This document shows positions 48,843 to 58,502 of a DNA stretch of 64,000 nt, piece after piece. The stretch is from positions 18,354-82,353 of IMG/VR virus record IMGVR_UViG_3300036831_000050; one strand, written 5' to 3'. Source of the stretch: a virus. Under the pieces are notes generated by a model, which was not told the origin of the DNA, did not search any database, and worked only from the letters and a program-made list of their open reading frames with translations. A program made the translations under genes and the position numbers. The first letter of the stretch is position 1. Every line of letters begins with the position of its first letter.

Positions 48843-49044
48843 GCGCGCACAGGAGGTGCGAGACCAGCTCCTCGGCGCCGCAGAGCGCCGCAGGCAGCTC
48901 AGCTCGTCCAGCGAGGCCCTGAGCGACGAGATCAGGCAGCTCGTTCGCGACGCGCGGGCTGTCAGCATTCCCGTGGCCGAGGTGGCACGCCTGCTGGAGA
49001 TCGACCGCTCCACTCTGTACCGCGTCTACAGCGATGCCGCCTGA
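48823..49044 (+). CDS. Small HTH protein
   Basis: IPVAEVARLLEIDRSTLYRVY. Confidence 0.75.
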   Translation: MPVIPSERAQEVRDQLLGAAERRRQLSSSSEALSDEIRQLVRDARAVSIPVAEVARLLEIDRSTLYRVYSDAA

Positions 49045-49541
49045 CACTTGCGTTCACGCCGATGTGGACTTCCTCCGGTCCGCCCAGTTGGCCGACGATG
49101 AGATCGCGGTGTGTGTCTACATGGCGGCGGACGGCCGTTGCCCGATCTGCAAGCCGGAGCATGAGGACGCCTACACCGAGGCCGTGCGGTTCCGCAGGGA
49201 GGGTCACAACCCCACTCCGAGCGATGCCGCGTAAGCCGACCAGGCTGGCCGACGACATCGAGCGGTCGCTGCGCGCTCGCGAGAACGGCGACCCGCGCCG
49301 GTTCGTCGGCTTCGACTACATGCGGGTCTTCGCGCAGGCGGGCATACCCATGCGCAAGGTGCCCCAGAAGCATTGGCTCTTGGACGGTGAGCCGACCAAG
49401 GCCGTGGTCAACTGCCCCTGCGAGCACGGGGTGAGCATCGACGCCGGTCAGTACCCGGCCAAGTGCCCCGGCAAGGACTGCCCCAGATCGTTCTTCTTCG
49501 ACGGAACTGCCGTCTGGGCGTTGCTCTCACCGACTTCCTGA
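49034..49541 (+). CDS. Two Cys-rich hypothetical proteins (49034-49234, 49224-49541)
   Basis: Overlapping ORFs with CxxC motifs. Confidence 0.55.
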
Positions 49542-49546
49542 GCGGA

Positions 49547-49557
49547 GGCGTATATTA
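49547..49557 (+). promoter_or_regulatory. Late-type promoter motif GGCGTATATTA
   Basis: 6 nt before leaderless GTG 49564. Confidence 0.65.
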
Positions 49558-49563
49558 GGGGGT

Positions 49564-50058
49564 GTGCATCTTCCGCACTGGCCGGACTCAGACAAGGCAC
49601 CCCGACCGTTCGTGGCGTTCGCTGCCGTGGATCGCGTTCACGCCCAAAGGCTCTACCGCGCCCAGAACGTGATCTGGGTCTGGCTGGGCATAGTGGCCAT
49701 GCTGGCCGCCGTTGCGTACTTCGCGCGGCCGTACTTCGGCCCGGTGATCGTTAGCCGCTACCCGGCTCTCGATGTCGTGCGTGTCGTCGCGTTCGCCGTT
49801 GGCGGAGCTGGTATTTCCGGTGGCGTCTGGAACGTCCGGCGAGTGCTGGAGGTATGGGGTCACTGCCTGTTCGCCTGCGGGGCGACGATAACCGCCGCCG
49901 TGGAGCTGTCACTTCACCTTGACGCCTTCACGATCATCACCACGTTCGGGCTGGCCATAGCCAGTGCTCTGCGGGTCTGGTACATCGTCGCCTGGATCGG
50001 CGCCGGTAGGGTCACGGCAGCAGTGGTCGAAGACGCACATGCACTTCCTCGCGACTAG
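49564..50058 (+). CDS. Four-TM membrane protein (holin-like)
   Basis: Four hydrophobic segments; heads the lysis region. Confidence 0.55.
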   Translation: MHLPHWPDSDKAPRPFVAFAAVDRVHAQRLYRAQNVIWVWLGIVAMLAAVAYFARPYFGPVIVSRYPALDVVRVVAFAVGGAGISGGVWNVRRVLEVWGHCLFACGATITAAVELSLHLDAFTIITTFGLAIASALRVWYIVAWIGAGRVTAAVVEDAHALPRD

Positions 50059-50362
50059 CACCTTCGGGTTCGTGCAGGCGGTCTCGGCCGCTGCCGTCAT
50101 CGCTGCCATAGTCGGAGGCATCGCGGCCGTGCGGAAGATGGGACCGGAGAAAGACTCCCTCTTCATCACCTCGGCGCAGGGAGCGGCTGTCATCATGGAC
50201 AACCTCATCTCCACGCTTCGCGAAGAAGTTGATCGCGAGCGCCAGGAGGTTGCACGACTGACAGCCGAGAATGAGCGCCTTGAACGGGAGAACAAGGGAC
50301 TGAGGGAGGAGACCGAGGGGCTGCGCAAGCGCGGCGGCACCAGACGAAATGACAGAGAGTGA
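50039..50362 (+). CDS. TM plus coiled-coil protein (lysis accessory)
   Basis: N-terminal TM and C-terminal coiled coil, as in actinophage lysis cassettes. Confidence 0.6.
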   Translation: MHFLATSTFGFVQAVSAAAVIAAIVGGIAAVRKMGPEKDSLFITSAQGAAVIMDNLISTLREEVDRERQEVARLTAENERLERENKGLREETEGLRKRGGTRRNDRE

Positions 50363-50935
50363 TGCGCCTCCTTCGTAGGCCCCGCATATTCCGCGAGCCA
50401 ACCGTGGTGGTCATCGACGTTTCTGAGCCTGACACGCTTGATCGCATCGCCCTCATGAACAGCACGCTTATCAGGCTCGTCGCTGGCACGGGCCTGGTCG
50501 AGGTTCGCAGCGCCGACTACAGGCAGGGCCACATGGAAGTGGTGGTGGAGCACAAGCCGAGAGTGGTCACAGAGGACAGGCGTGTCGCTGTTCACGCGGC
50601 GCATACCCTCTGACTAGAGTTCCGCCGTAACCTGTAGTACGCTGCATCACATCATGCAGCGCCCGTCGATTTACGAGCTGGTCCGCGCGGTGAGAACCGT
50701 AGCCGCAACGGTCGGCGCCACCACGGCCACCTACTGCTTCGAGGGACGCATCGCTGTGTCCCTGGAGGCGGGCTGGTCGCTGGTGCTTTCCTCGGACGAT
50801 GCGGGGAGATTCAGGGTCGAGGCTTGCCATTCTGGCCGAGTACGAGCTACCATGTGGTGTCTCGCGGACGACGACGACCGGCTGGCGGAGCTGGCGTCCT
50901 CGGCAGAGCGGGAAGCGGCGGCTCTGGTCGCCTGA
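50359..50935 (+). CDS. Two hypothetical proteins (50359-50613, 50654-50935)
   Basis: The second is leaderless behind the operator-like site 50633-50649 (TGTAGTA-cgc-TGCATCA). Confidence 0.5.
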
Positions 50936-50951
50936 GTCCTAGACAGGAGGG

Positions 50952-51962
50952 ATGATGCGGAAACTCAAGCTGTCGCGGGCCTTTGTGCCACTACTGGCGA
51001 CGGCACTCACCCTGGCCGGGTGCGGCGGAAGCTCACCGCCCCCGAGAGTCCAGCACGCCGTCACGAAGGGCGGCCTGGCCACCACGGTCCAGACGAGCTA
51101 CGGCGGTCGGACCCACTCGCAGGCGTTCTTGCAGCAGGTCGAGAACCCACCGGCCTCGGCGCTGCCCACGCTCCCTACGGCCACACCTCAGTTGAGCGGT
51201 TACGACGCGGTGACCGCCTCGGCGGTTCCCTTCAAGGCCCAGGTGGCCCTCTGCTACGCCAACGGCCACTACGCCAACTGCACGGCCGTCAAGGCGCGCC
51301 AGCCACAGCACCTCGTCACCATCGCGGTCAACACGTCGGGGGTGGCGCGGCTGCTCGATGTCGAACCGGGCGACGCTTCGCCCTCACAGGCTGGCGCGTG
51401 GGTCAAGCAGATGATTCAGGTCCACCACATCTGGCGGCCTGGCATCTACGCCTCCTCCTCCAATATGTTCGCGGTCGAGCAGTCGCTACGCGGTGCGGGC
51501 CTACAGCGTTCGCAGTACGTCTTGATGGCTGCCTCCTGGGACGGCAACCCGACGGTGCCGAGCGGCTTCGATGCGAAGCAGTGGCGCTCCACTCAGGCGC
51601 TTGACTACGACTCGTTCCTGACATCGTTCTTCCAGTCGGCGCCCGCGCCGAAGCGGACGATCTGCTGGGGTAAGAACAGCACCCCCACCTCGTCCACGTG
51701 TCGCAAGATCGAGGGGCAGGCTCACGCGGAGTGGGCCAACTACCTCAACACGAAGAAGAACCTCTCGCATCGCAACACCGAGCTGCGCAACGTGGAGCGG
51801 AACATCTCGGCACTGCAAGCGAACAACATTCACATCGCGGTCAAGGTCAACTACGTCGGTCCCGGCGCAGGCTGGGTGCAGGCGCAGATCAAGACCCTGA
51901 CAGCGCGCGCCTCGCAGGAGAAGGCCGCGCATGACAACACCGTCCACAAGTACAGCGGCTAG
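50952..51962 (+). CDS. Lipoprotein with GH25-like muramidase domain (endolysin candidate)
   Basis: Lipobox LAGC; LLDVEPGD, RPGIYAS, MAASWDG, AKQW; C-terminal coiled coil. Confidence 0.6.
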   Translation: MMRKLKLSRAFVPLLATALTLAGCGGSSPPPRVQHAVTKGGLATTVQTSYGGRTHSQAFLQQVENPPASALPTLPTATPQLSGYDAVTASAVPFKAQVALCYANGHYANCTAVKARQPQHLVTIAVNTSGVARLLDVEPGDASPSQAGAWVKQMIQVHHIWRPGIYASSSNMFAVEQSLRGAGLQRSQYVLMAASWDGNPTVPSGFDAKQWRSTQALDYDSFLTSFFQSAPAPKRTICWGKNSTPTSSTCRKIEGQAHAEWANYLNTKKNLSHRNTELRNVERNISALQANNIHIAVKVNYVGPGAGWVQAQIKTLTARASQEKAAHDNTVHKYSG

Positions 51963-51969
51963 GAGACAC

Positions 51970-52866
51970 ATGGAACGCCACTTCGCAGAGCGCCTGACCC
52001 GCCTGGCACAGGGCATCGAGGACGAGGCATTCGACCTGACACAGATCGTCAGGGGTGACAAGCCGATCTCCGGGCCGGTCAAGGCCGAGGCGAAGATCGT
52101 CCGGCCGAAGCTCAACCTGGCCGACTACTTCGCGGCCGACGCTGAGCCACCGCCCGCGCTCAACCGCTCGGCGTTCATGGCCAGTGCTGGCGCTCGCGAC
52201 CCGCTCGGCAACACCGACTGGGGCTGCTGTGGCGACGCGATGACCATTCACGGCATCGAGGCGTTCCACACCTTCAACCAGACTCCAGTCCCGCCGTTCG
52301 TCGTGGGTGACTCGTTGGGCCTCTACTCCGCCGTGAGCGGGTTCAACATCAACGCCGGTCCTCCCGGCAACAACCCGACGGACACCGGGACCGACAATCA
52401 GCAGCTAGTGGACTACTGGCGGAACCAGGGCGTCCTCTGTGCTGCCGATGGAAGCAGGCACAGCATCGCTGGCTCTCTGTTCGTGGACCCGAAGGACCAA
52501 CGGGTGACACGACTGGCGATCTACGAGTTCTTGGTCCTGTTCCGTGCGGTGGGCTTGCCCATTGCCGCGCAGGGTCAGAACCGCTGGGTACAGACCGACC
52601 CGAACCTGCAAGGCAATGCAGCGGTCGGGTCCTGGGGCTATCACGACATTCCCTACTTCAGCTACGACAGTACGTGGTATCACGCCGATAGCTGGGGTGA
52701 GGACATCTTGATCGGCCGCAGATGGGACCAAGACTACGGAGTACAGGGCTTCGTGGTCGTCACACAAGAGATGACAAACCTTCAGGGCGTCAGTCCCTCG
52801 GGTCTCGATTGGACGCGACTCAATCAAGACCTGGCGAACTTCCCCGCCCAGACGGCCAACCAGTAA
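51970..52866 (+). CDS. Papain-like cysteine peptidase (lysin candidate)
   Basis: LGN..WGCC, GYHDI and DSWG catalytic pattern; AGGAG RBS. Confidence 0.65.
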   Translation: MERHFAERLTRLAQGIEDEAFDLTQIVRGDKPISGPVKAEAKIVRPKLNLADYFAADAEPPPALNRSAFMASAGARDPLGNTDWGCCGDAMTIHGIEAFHTFNQTPVPPFVVGDSLGLYSAVSGFNINAGPPGNNPTDTGTDNQQLVDYWRNQGVLCAADGSRHSIAGSLFVDPKDQRVTRLAIYEFLVLFRAVGLPIAAQGQNRWVQTDPNLQGNAAVGSWGYHDIPYFSYDSTWYHADSWGEDILIGRRWDQDYGVQGFVVVTQEMTNLQGVSPSGLDWTRLNQDLANFPAQTANQ

Positions 52867-52881
52867 AGGGGAGCTTCACAC

Positions 52882-53376
52882 ATGAGTCCAAGGAACCTAC
52901 TCGCCACTGCTGCCAGTGGCCTGTCCATCGAGCGCGTGGTTGCGCTCCTGACACCGTTCTTCAGCGCCGGGGCTGGGTGGGTCACCAGCGTCATCGCTCA
53001 CAACATTCCGGGGGTGAGCGTCCCTTCTGGGTGGGTGGCCGGTCTCTTTGCGACCGGCACTGCCGCAGCCGCAGCAGCCGCCCTCAAATGGCTGCACGGC
53101 CGACAGAAGTTCGTCAACTTCACGACGGACTCCGAGCATGTCATTCAAGAGGTGGTGTCACGCCTCCAAGCCGTCGGCGGCGCCCCGCTTGTTGACATCG
53201 AGAAGGTGCTGGCGGCTCACAGCTCGCAGATCATCGACGCGCTCGGCAACAAGATCGGGGCGCCTCCATCAGCGGAGGACATCGCGAAGAAGATCGTCCA
53301 AGAGCTGTGGCCACATCAGGCCGCTGGCGCTTCGGTGGCGGGTACTGGCCCGTCGGTGGCTGGCGCCACAGCGTGA
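52882..53376 (+). CDS. Holin-like membrane protein
   Basis: Two TM segments; directly after the lysins. Confidence 0.55.
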   Translation: MSPRNLLATAASGLSIERVVALLTPFFSAGAGWVTSVIAHNIPGVSVPSGWVAGLFATGTAAAAAAALKWLHGRQKFVNFTTDSEHVIQEVVSRLQAVGGAPLVDIEKVLAAHSSQIIDALGNKIGAPPSAEDIAKKIVQELWPHQAAGASVAGTGPSVAGATA

Positions 53377-53810
53377 CAGGAGTAAAGACGGAGTGGCACT
53401 TGGCCGAGCTTTCCTCGGCCGAGTGCGACCCGTTTGCCACCGTGGTGTACTCAAGCGGCGTGACCATCGACCTGCAAGCCCCGGACGAGGAGCTGGTGCG
53501 ACAGTATTTCTCGCTGGTGAAGCGCGAGGGGCGAATGGCGGGCGGCGGCCTGACCTGTCAGCTCAAGGCCGACGGCCAGGACTGCCGGACGTGTCCCTCC
53601 GCCACGCTGGAGGAGGACGAGAAGCGCAGCCGTCTGTGCCGCCTGGGCAAGGACCAACGACTGCTCGAAGGTCTCATCGAGGACCGTATGGACGCGGAGG
53701 CCGCTCGCCTGGCACCGCTGCGCGAGCTGGCCGAGATGGTGGGCGAGATGGGCGAGCTGGGTGAGATACCCGACGACCTGTCCGAGCTGCTGACTTCAGT
53801 TGGGCTGTAG
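53373..53810 (+). CDS. Cys-containing hypothetical protein
   Basis: GTGA overlap; C...CRTC...C. Confidence 0.55.
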   Translation: MTGVKTEWHLAELSSAECDPFATVVYSSGVTIDLQAPDEELVRQYFSLVKREGRMAGGGLTCQLKADGQDCRTCPSATLEEDEKRSRLCRLGKDQRLLEGLIEDRMDAEAARLAPLRELAEMVGEMGELGEIPDDLSELLTSVGL

Positions 53811-53933
53811 TGCTCCCGCTCCTGCTCTTCATCTTCCTGCCGCCCTGCATTAGGCGTCGCCTTCCTCTGCGTGAGATGTTCGACGGGGAGGCGGCGCTGG
53901 AGTCGGTGCTGGCCTACGCGGCTGAGGTGACAG

Positions 53934-54470
53934 GTGTTAGACCAGCTTGACGCGCTGGACACCGGGGCCATCTTCTCCCCTTGCCGCCGCTGGCGCTACC
54001 TCCTGTGGCGCCGCTGGGACCGCGACAAGGGCATCTGCGCGTTCATCGGCCTGAACCCGTCCACGGCCGACGAGACCGTGGACGACCCGACCGTGAGGCG
54101 GTGCATACGCTTCGCGAAGGACTGGGGCTACGGCTCGCTGTGGATGCTCAACGCATTCGCCTTCCGGGCCACCGACCCGCGTGTCATGAAGGCGGCCGGT
54201 GGCGCCGCGCTCGGACCGCAGAACAACCTCTACCTTCAGCAGGCTGGCCTCAACTGTGACATCGTGGTCGCCGCGTGGGGCGCGCACTGCCCCGGCTCGC
54301 GCCAGGACGAGATCAGGACCGCGTTCGCGGGTATGGCCAAGCCGCTCTACCTGCTCGGCCAGACCAAAGACGGCTGCCCTCGCCACCCGCTGTACCTGCG
54401 AGCTGACACCCAGCCAGTGCGCTGGATGCCGCCTGCGGACGTGCGGTCGGTGAGCGTGGCCCATGGCTAA
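53934..54470 (+). CDS. DUF1643-family protein
   Basis: YLLWRRW, FIGLNPSTAD...DDPT, AAWG, PRHPLY. Confidence 0.85.
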   Translation: MLDQLDALDTGAIFSPCRRWRYLLWRRWDRDKGICAFIGLNPSTADETVDDPTVRRCIRFAKDWGYGSLWMLNAFAFRATDPRVMKAAGGAALGPQNNLYLQQAGLNCDIVVAAWGAHCPGSRQDEIRTAFAGMAKPLYLLGQTKDGCPRHPLYLRADTQPVRWMPPADVRSVSVAHG

Positions 54471-54924
54471 GTACAAGGGCGTCGCTCCGAAGGGTGGAGA
54501 GCGGGCCGAGGCGGTCACGCTCTTCCTGCGCGTCCCGGCCGTGGACTGGCCACGCATCGTGGTCGGAGAGAAGACCGAGTTCCGCACGACGCCACGCGAA
54601 GGCTCGCGCATGGGCAAGGCTAAGTGTCCAACTCCAGTCGTGGCGTACCGGACGCGGCAGGGCCACGACAACGACTTCAAGCTGCTCCTCTTGCAGGAGA
54701 TGCGGGCCGAGCCGCTGTTCGCCGTGTCCGAGGTGCCGGAGTCGCTGGCTCGCGAGGGCTTCGAGACCTACGACCTGTTCCGGCGCTACTGGCGCGCTCG
54801 CCAGCGCAGGCCGTTCGTGCCGCTGGAGGTGGTGCAGGTCTGGCGGGTGTGCCTGCCGACACAGCGTGACTACCGGGACATGGGCGACCGGCTGCTCTGT
54901 CAGCTCTACGGGCCTTACCTATGA
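54463..54924 (+). CDS. ASCH/PUA-like protein
   Basis: IVVGEKTEFR and LAREGFETYDLFRRYW motifs. Confidence 0.55.
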   Translation: MAKYKGVAPKGGERAEAVTLFLRVPAVDWPRIVVGEKTEFRTTPREGSRMGKAKCPTPVVAYRTRQGHDNDFKLLLLQEMRAEPLFAVSEVPESLAREGFETYDLFRRYWRARQRRPFVPLEVVQVWRVCLPTQRDYRDMGDRLLCQLYGPYL

Positions 54925-55352
54925 CCCGCTTCGGTGAGCCGATCTCGGACCCGCACAGCTTCCATCTGGAGGCGCGCTACCAGGCGCTCTGCGCGGTGTG
55001 TGGGAAGGCCAAGGGATCGCGGCCGGACGGCTTCGGCCGCTACTGGCACGCGCACCACGTCTGCCCGAAGGTAATCTTGAAGCGACTGCACTTCCCGCAG
55101 TACGACACTCGCAACGCCCTGCGGCTCTGTACGGACTGTCACATGGCCTTTGAGTGGGCCGGACCGGGTAAGATCGCCGTGCCCATCACCAAGTGGAAGC
55201 AGCAGAACGTGTGCTATGTCTGGGAGGTGCTAGGCGTGGCAGCGGTGCAGCTCGAAGACAAGTACGGGCCGCTCGATGTGGACGAGCGGTGGGTGAAGCA
55301 TCTATCGGAGGAGTGTGACCATTGTCAGAGAATAACGGCGACGGCCGCGTAG
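54921..55352 (+). CDS. HNH endonuclease (terminase-associated)
   Basis: CAVCG...HAHHVCPK...NALRLCTDCH. Confidence 0.8.
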   Translation: MTRFGEPISDPHSFHLEARYQALCAVCGKAKGSRPDGFGRYWHAHHVCPKVILKRLHFPQYDTRNALRLCTDCHMAFEWAGPGKIAVPITKWKQQNVCYVWEVLGVAAVQLEDKYGPLDVDERWVKHLSEECDHCQRITATAA

Positions 55353-55996
55353 TCACTGACTACACAGTCGAGCTGCCTTCCGGTGGACCGCTCCACCTCC
55401 AGACGCCCGATGAGGTGGACCTGTGGACGACGGCGCTTGAACGCTACCGCGAGGACTACCTGCTGGTCAAGCACAACGACCTAGTGACACTGGGCGCGCT
55501 CCTCCAGCAGCAAATCATCATCTTCCGCTGTCAGACCGCCATCAACGGCATGGAGCCGGAGCTGGACGCCCAGAAGGTCCCGACCGGCAACTACAAGCGG
55601 TCCAAGATCGACGGCGCCGACCTGGCGGCCTACCAGCGCACCCTCACAGAGGCGACGAAGGAATACCGGGCGCTGGAGAAGCAGCTCGGCATCGACAAGG
55701 CCACCCGCGAGCAGGGCGGAGCGCACAACGTGGAGACCTACGTCCGCGACCTGAAGCGCGCCGCGCACGCACGTGGCATTCACATCACGACTCAAGTTCT
55801 GGAGTACCAGCGCGTCTTCAAGGAACTGGGCTGGCGACTGCGCGTGCTCTACAAGGCCGACTCCCAGGACCGGGCCTACCACGCGATCACGCCGAAGTCG
55901 GTCCTAGACTGGATCAAGGCCGAGATCGAACGACTCGAACAGGTGGACCGTGACTTCGCCGCCGAGACAGGCAAGCTCTATGCCGGAAAGCTCTAG
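55322..55996 (+). CDS. Probable terminase small subunit
   Basis: Helical, with EKQLGIDKATR motif; between HNH and TerL; GGAGGAG RBS. Confidence 0.55.
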   Translation: MSENNGDGRVVTDYTVELPSGGPLHLQTPDEVDLWTTALERYREDYLLVKHNDLVTLGALLQQQIIIFRCQTAINGMEPELDAQKVPTGNYKRSKIDGADLAAYQRTLTEATKEYRALEKQLGIDKATREQGGAHNVETYVRDLKRAAHARGIHITTQVLEYQRVFKELGWRLRVLYKADSQDRAYHAITPKSVLDWIKAEIERLEQVDRDFAAETGKLYAGKL

Positions 55997-56068
55997 CGTG
56001 GGTGTCATCACGGCCTGGCGCGCGGCAGTGCTGGAGCTGCTGGGTGCCCTGACACCGGGGATGGTGCC

Positions 56069-56593
56069 ATGGGCGTAGAGGTAGAACTGTGGGCCGACGG
56101 CTCTGGCACCACCAGCGGACCCATCGGCTTCGCCTGGGTGCTCATACACCGGCCGACGGGTGTCATTCGAGAGGGCCACGCAGGCGCCACCGAGGGCACC
56201 AACAACCGAGCGGAACTATTGGCGGTTATTTCCGGTCTGCGCGCACTCAACCGCCCCGTCGAGGTGGAAATCACCACCGATAGCGAGTACGTGGGCAAGG
56301 CGTACCCGCAGGGCTGGGTGGACGCCTGGAAGCACAAGAACTGGCGCAAGGTCAAGAACGTGGACCTGTGGCTGGAGCTGGACCGCGAGATACAGCGTCA
56401 CGTCGCCGTCACGTGGAAGTGGGTCAGGGGTCACACCGGCCACCGCTTCAACGAGTCCTGCGACCGGCGCGCCGGGGAGTGTCGCCGCGCGATCATCGCT
56501 GCGATAGCCGAGTCCTCACCCCTGACCGGGCTGGCCTTCCCCGTGCACGGCGAGCTGCCTAAGGAACAACTCAAGTTGGTGGGTAATGGCTAA
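56069..56593 (+). CDS. rnhA: Ribonuclease HI
   Basis: ADGS, TNNRAEL, TDSEYV, VKNVDLW, WVRGHTG..FNESCD. Confidence 0.92.
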   Translation: MGVEVELWADGSGTTSGPIGFAWVLIHRPTGVIREGHAGATEGTNNRAELLAVISGLRALNRPVEVEITTDSEYVGKAYPQGWVDAWKHKNWRKVKNVDLWLELDREIQRHVAVTWKWVRGHTGHRFNESCDRRAGECRRAIIAAIAESSPLTGLAFPVHGELPKEQLKLVGNG

Positions 56594-58343
56594 GGGCCAG
56601 CTCGGCATCATCGACGGCACCAAGAACATCGAGACCAGCGAGGGCACATGGCTCTTCGATGACGACGACTGGGCGCTCTTCGCCCAGCTCTGTGACCCGG
56701 TGTTCTGCGCCGAGCTGCTGTTCGAGGACCCCAACAACAAAGAGTTCAGCGGGTGCTACAAGGTGCGCGACCACCAGTACCCGCTCTTCAGGCCACCTGG
56801 CCGGTACAACGTCGCGCCGTGTGCCCGTGACGTTGGCAAGACCGAGAGCATCAAGGCGCGGTCGGTGTCACACATCTTCAGGCGCATGGGCGAAGACCTG
56901 CTCCTGACAGCACCGCAGATGATTCACCTCAAGCCGCTGACCGACGCGGTAGAGGGCCGCATCAACAGCGTGCGGCTGTGCCGGGAGTTCCTGAAGACCG
57001 ATGCGCAGAAGACCGGCTTCACTCACAACCCCTTCCAGGCCGACTTCGTGGACGGCACGAAGATCATGGGCCGCATTCCCCACATGGACGGCAAGGGTGT
57101 CAAGGGCATGCACGAACCCGACCTGATCGGTGACGAGATGCAGGACTACCCGGAGGCGGGCTGGACCGAGGTGTTCCCGACGGTGATGAAGGACCACACC
57201 AACGCCGCTGGCGAGTACGACTTCTCGATGACGTTCTACGGCGTGCACGGTGCTGGCCAGGGCGGCGGCTTCGGCCGCATCGCCAGAGAGCCGTCTTACA
57301 ACATGACTGTCGTTACGCGGTTGCAGACGCAGAACTGGGGGCGCGAGGAGAAGCGGGCCACGGCGGCCATGTACGGCGGCGTTCACTCCCCCGACTACCG
57401 CCGCAACGTCCTGGGCGAGCCGGGACAGGCGTTCTCGCAGTTCTTCTCCGCCGCGCGCCTGCTGTCATGCGTCGATCAGGTCGCGGACTCGCGCTACAAC
57501 ACGGCCACCTTCAAGGCGCAAGAGCTGCACGCCGAAGAGGTGGACACGATGATCGGTGAGGGCGGCGACGTGGGCGAGCTACTGGACCTGCCAGCCGAGC
57601 TTGGCCAGCAGGTCTACGGCGGCATGGACGTGGGCCTCGTCACGGACCCGACTGTCATTACGCTCTGGGCCGTGCTGCCGGACGCGCATAAGAAGTCGCG
57701 CCTCCAGCTCATTCGCATGATTCACCTCTGGCGGTTCCGCGAGAAGCAGATTCGCCAGGCCACCTATCGCATTGGTCTCCAGTACGGCTTGACACTGCGC
57801 GCCTTCGGCCAGGACATCACCGGCCTGGGCCTGCCGCTGTATCAGGCCATGGAGGACGACGAGCAGTGCCCCGCCCACCTCAAGGACGTGTCACACGGCT
57901 ACGTGTTCAACGCCAAGGTGCCGGTCGCCGTGGACAAGAACTACGTTAGCGAGCAAGGGCAGCAGCTCGTAGACCAGTACGGCAACATCGTTGAGATCGT
58001 CCGTGACAAGTGGACGGGCCAAGAGACCCTGGTGGCCAAGATGACGATGATTGAGGCCAGCACGCGCTACCTGCGTGGCTTCGTTGACACGGGGTTCCTG
58101 CTGCTCCCGTTCCACGACAAGCTCCTCATCGACTTCCAGGGCGAGACCGAGCAGCGCGTGAAGGCCATGGCCGGTGTCAGGAAAAAGCCCAACGCCTTCC
58201 ACATGCTCGACTCCGCCCGCGCCATGGCTATGTCCTACAAGCAGGGGGAGGTGCAGGAGATGGTCTACGCCCATGCGCCGGGGCCGGTGCTTGACCGTGC
58301 AGTTGACATGACAGGCGCCAGCCTGGCGACCACGATGCGCTGA
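56586..58343 (+). CDS. Terminase large subunit
   Basis: ARDVGKTE Walker A, GDEMQD Walker B, GMDVGLVTDPT nuclease, HMLDSAR. Confidence 0.85.
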   Translation: MAKGQLGIIDGTKNIETSEGTWLFDDDDWALFAQLCDPVFCAELLFEDPNNKEFSGCYKVRDHQYPLFRPPGRYNVAPCARDVGKTESIKARSVSHIFRRMGEDLLLTAPQMIHLKPLTDAVEGRINSVRLCREFLKTDAQKTGFTHNPFQADFVDGTKIMGRIPHMDGKGVKGMHEPDLIGDEMQDYPEAGWTEVFPTVMKDHTNAAGEYDFSMTFYGVHGAGQGGGFGRIAREPSYNMTVVTRLQTQNWGREEKRATAAMYGGVHSPDYRRNVLGEPGQAFSQFFSAARLLSCVDQVADSRYNTATFKAQELHAEEVDTMIGEGGDVGELLDLPAELGQQVYGGMDVGLVTDPTVITLWAVLPDAHKKSRLQLIRMIHLWRFREKQIRQATYRIGLQYGLTLRAFGQDITGLGLPLYQAMEDDEQCPAHLKDVSHGYVFNAKVPVAVDKNYVSEQGQQLVDQYGNIVEIVRDKWTGQETLVAKMTMIEASTRYLRGFVDTGFLLLPFHDKLLIDFQGETEQRVKAMAGVRKKPNAFHMLDSARAMAMSYKQGEVQEMVYAHAPGPVLDRAVDMTGASLATTMR

Positions 58344-58502
58344 TGGCTGTCCTGCACCACGACTCACGGTCACGTGACTACTGGGTCCGCAACAATGTGA
58401 GCGGCGGCTACCTGCGCGTGCCAAAGACGCCCGTGGAGAAGATCATGCTGGGCGCCAAGCTGATGAAGATGAAGAGGGACTTCCTGAGGAGGCAAGCCGA
58501 AC

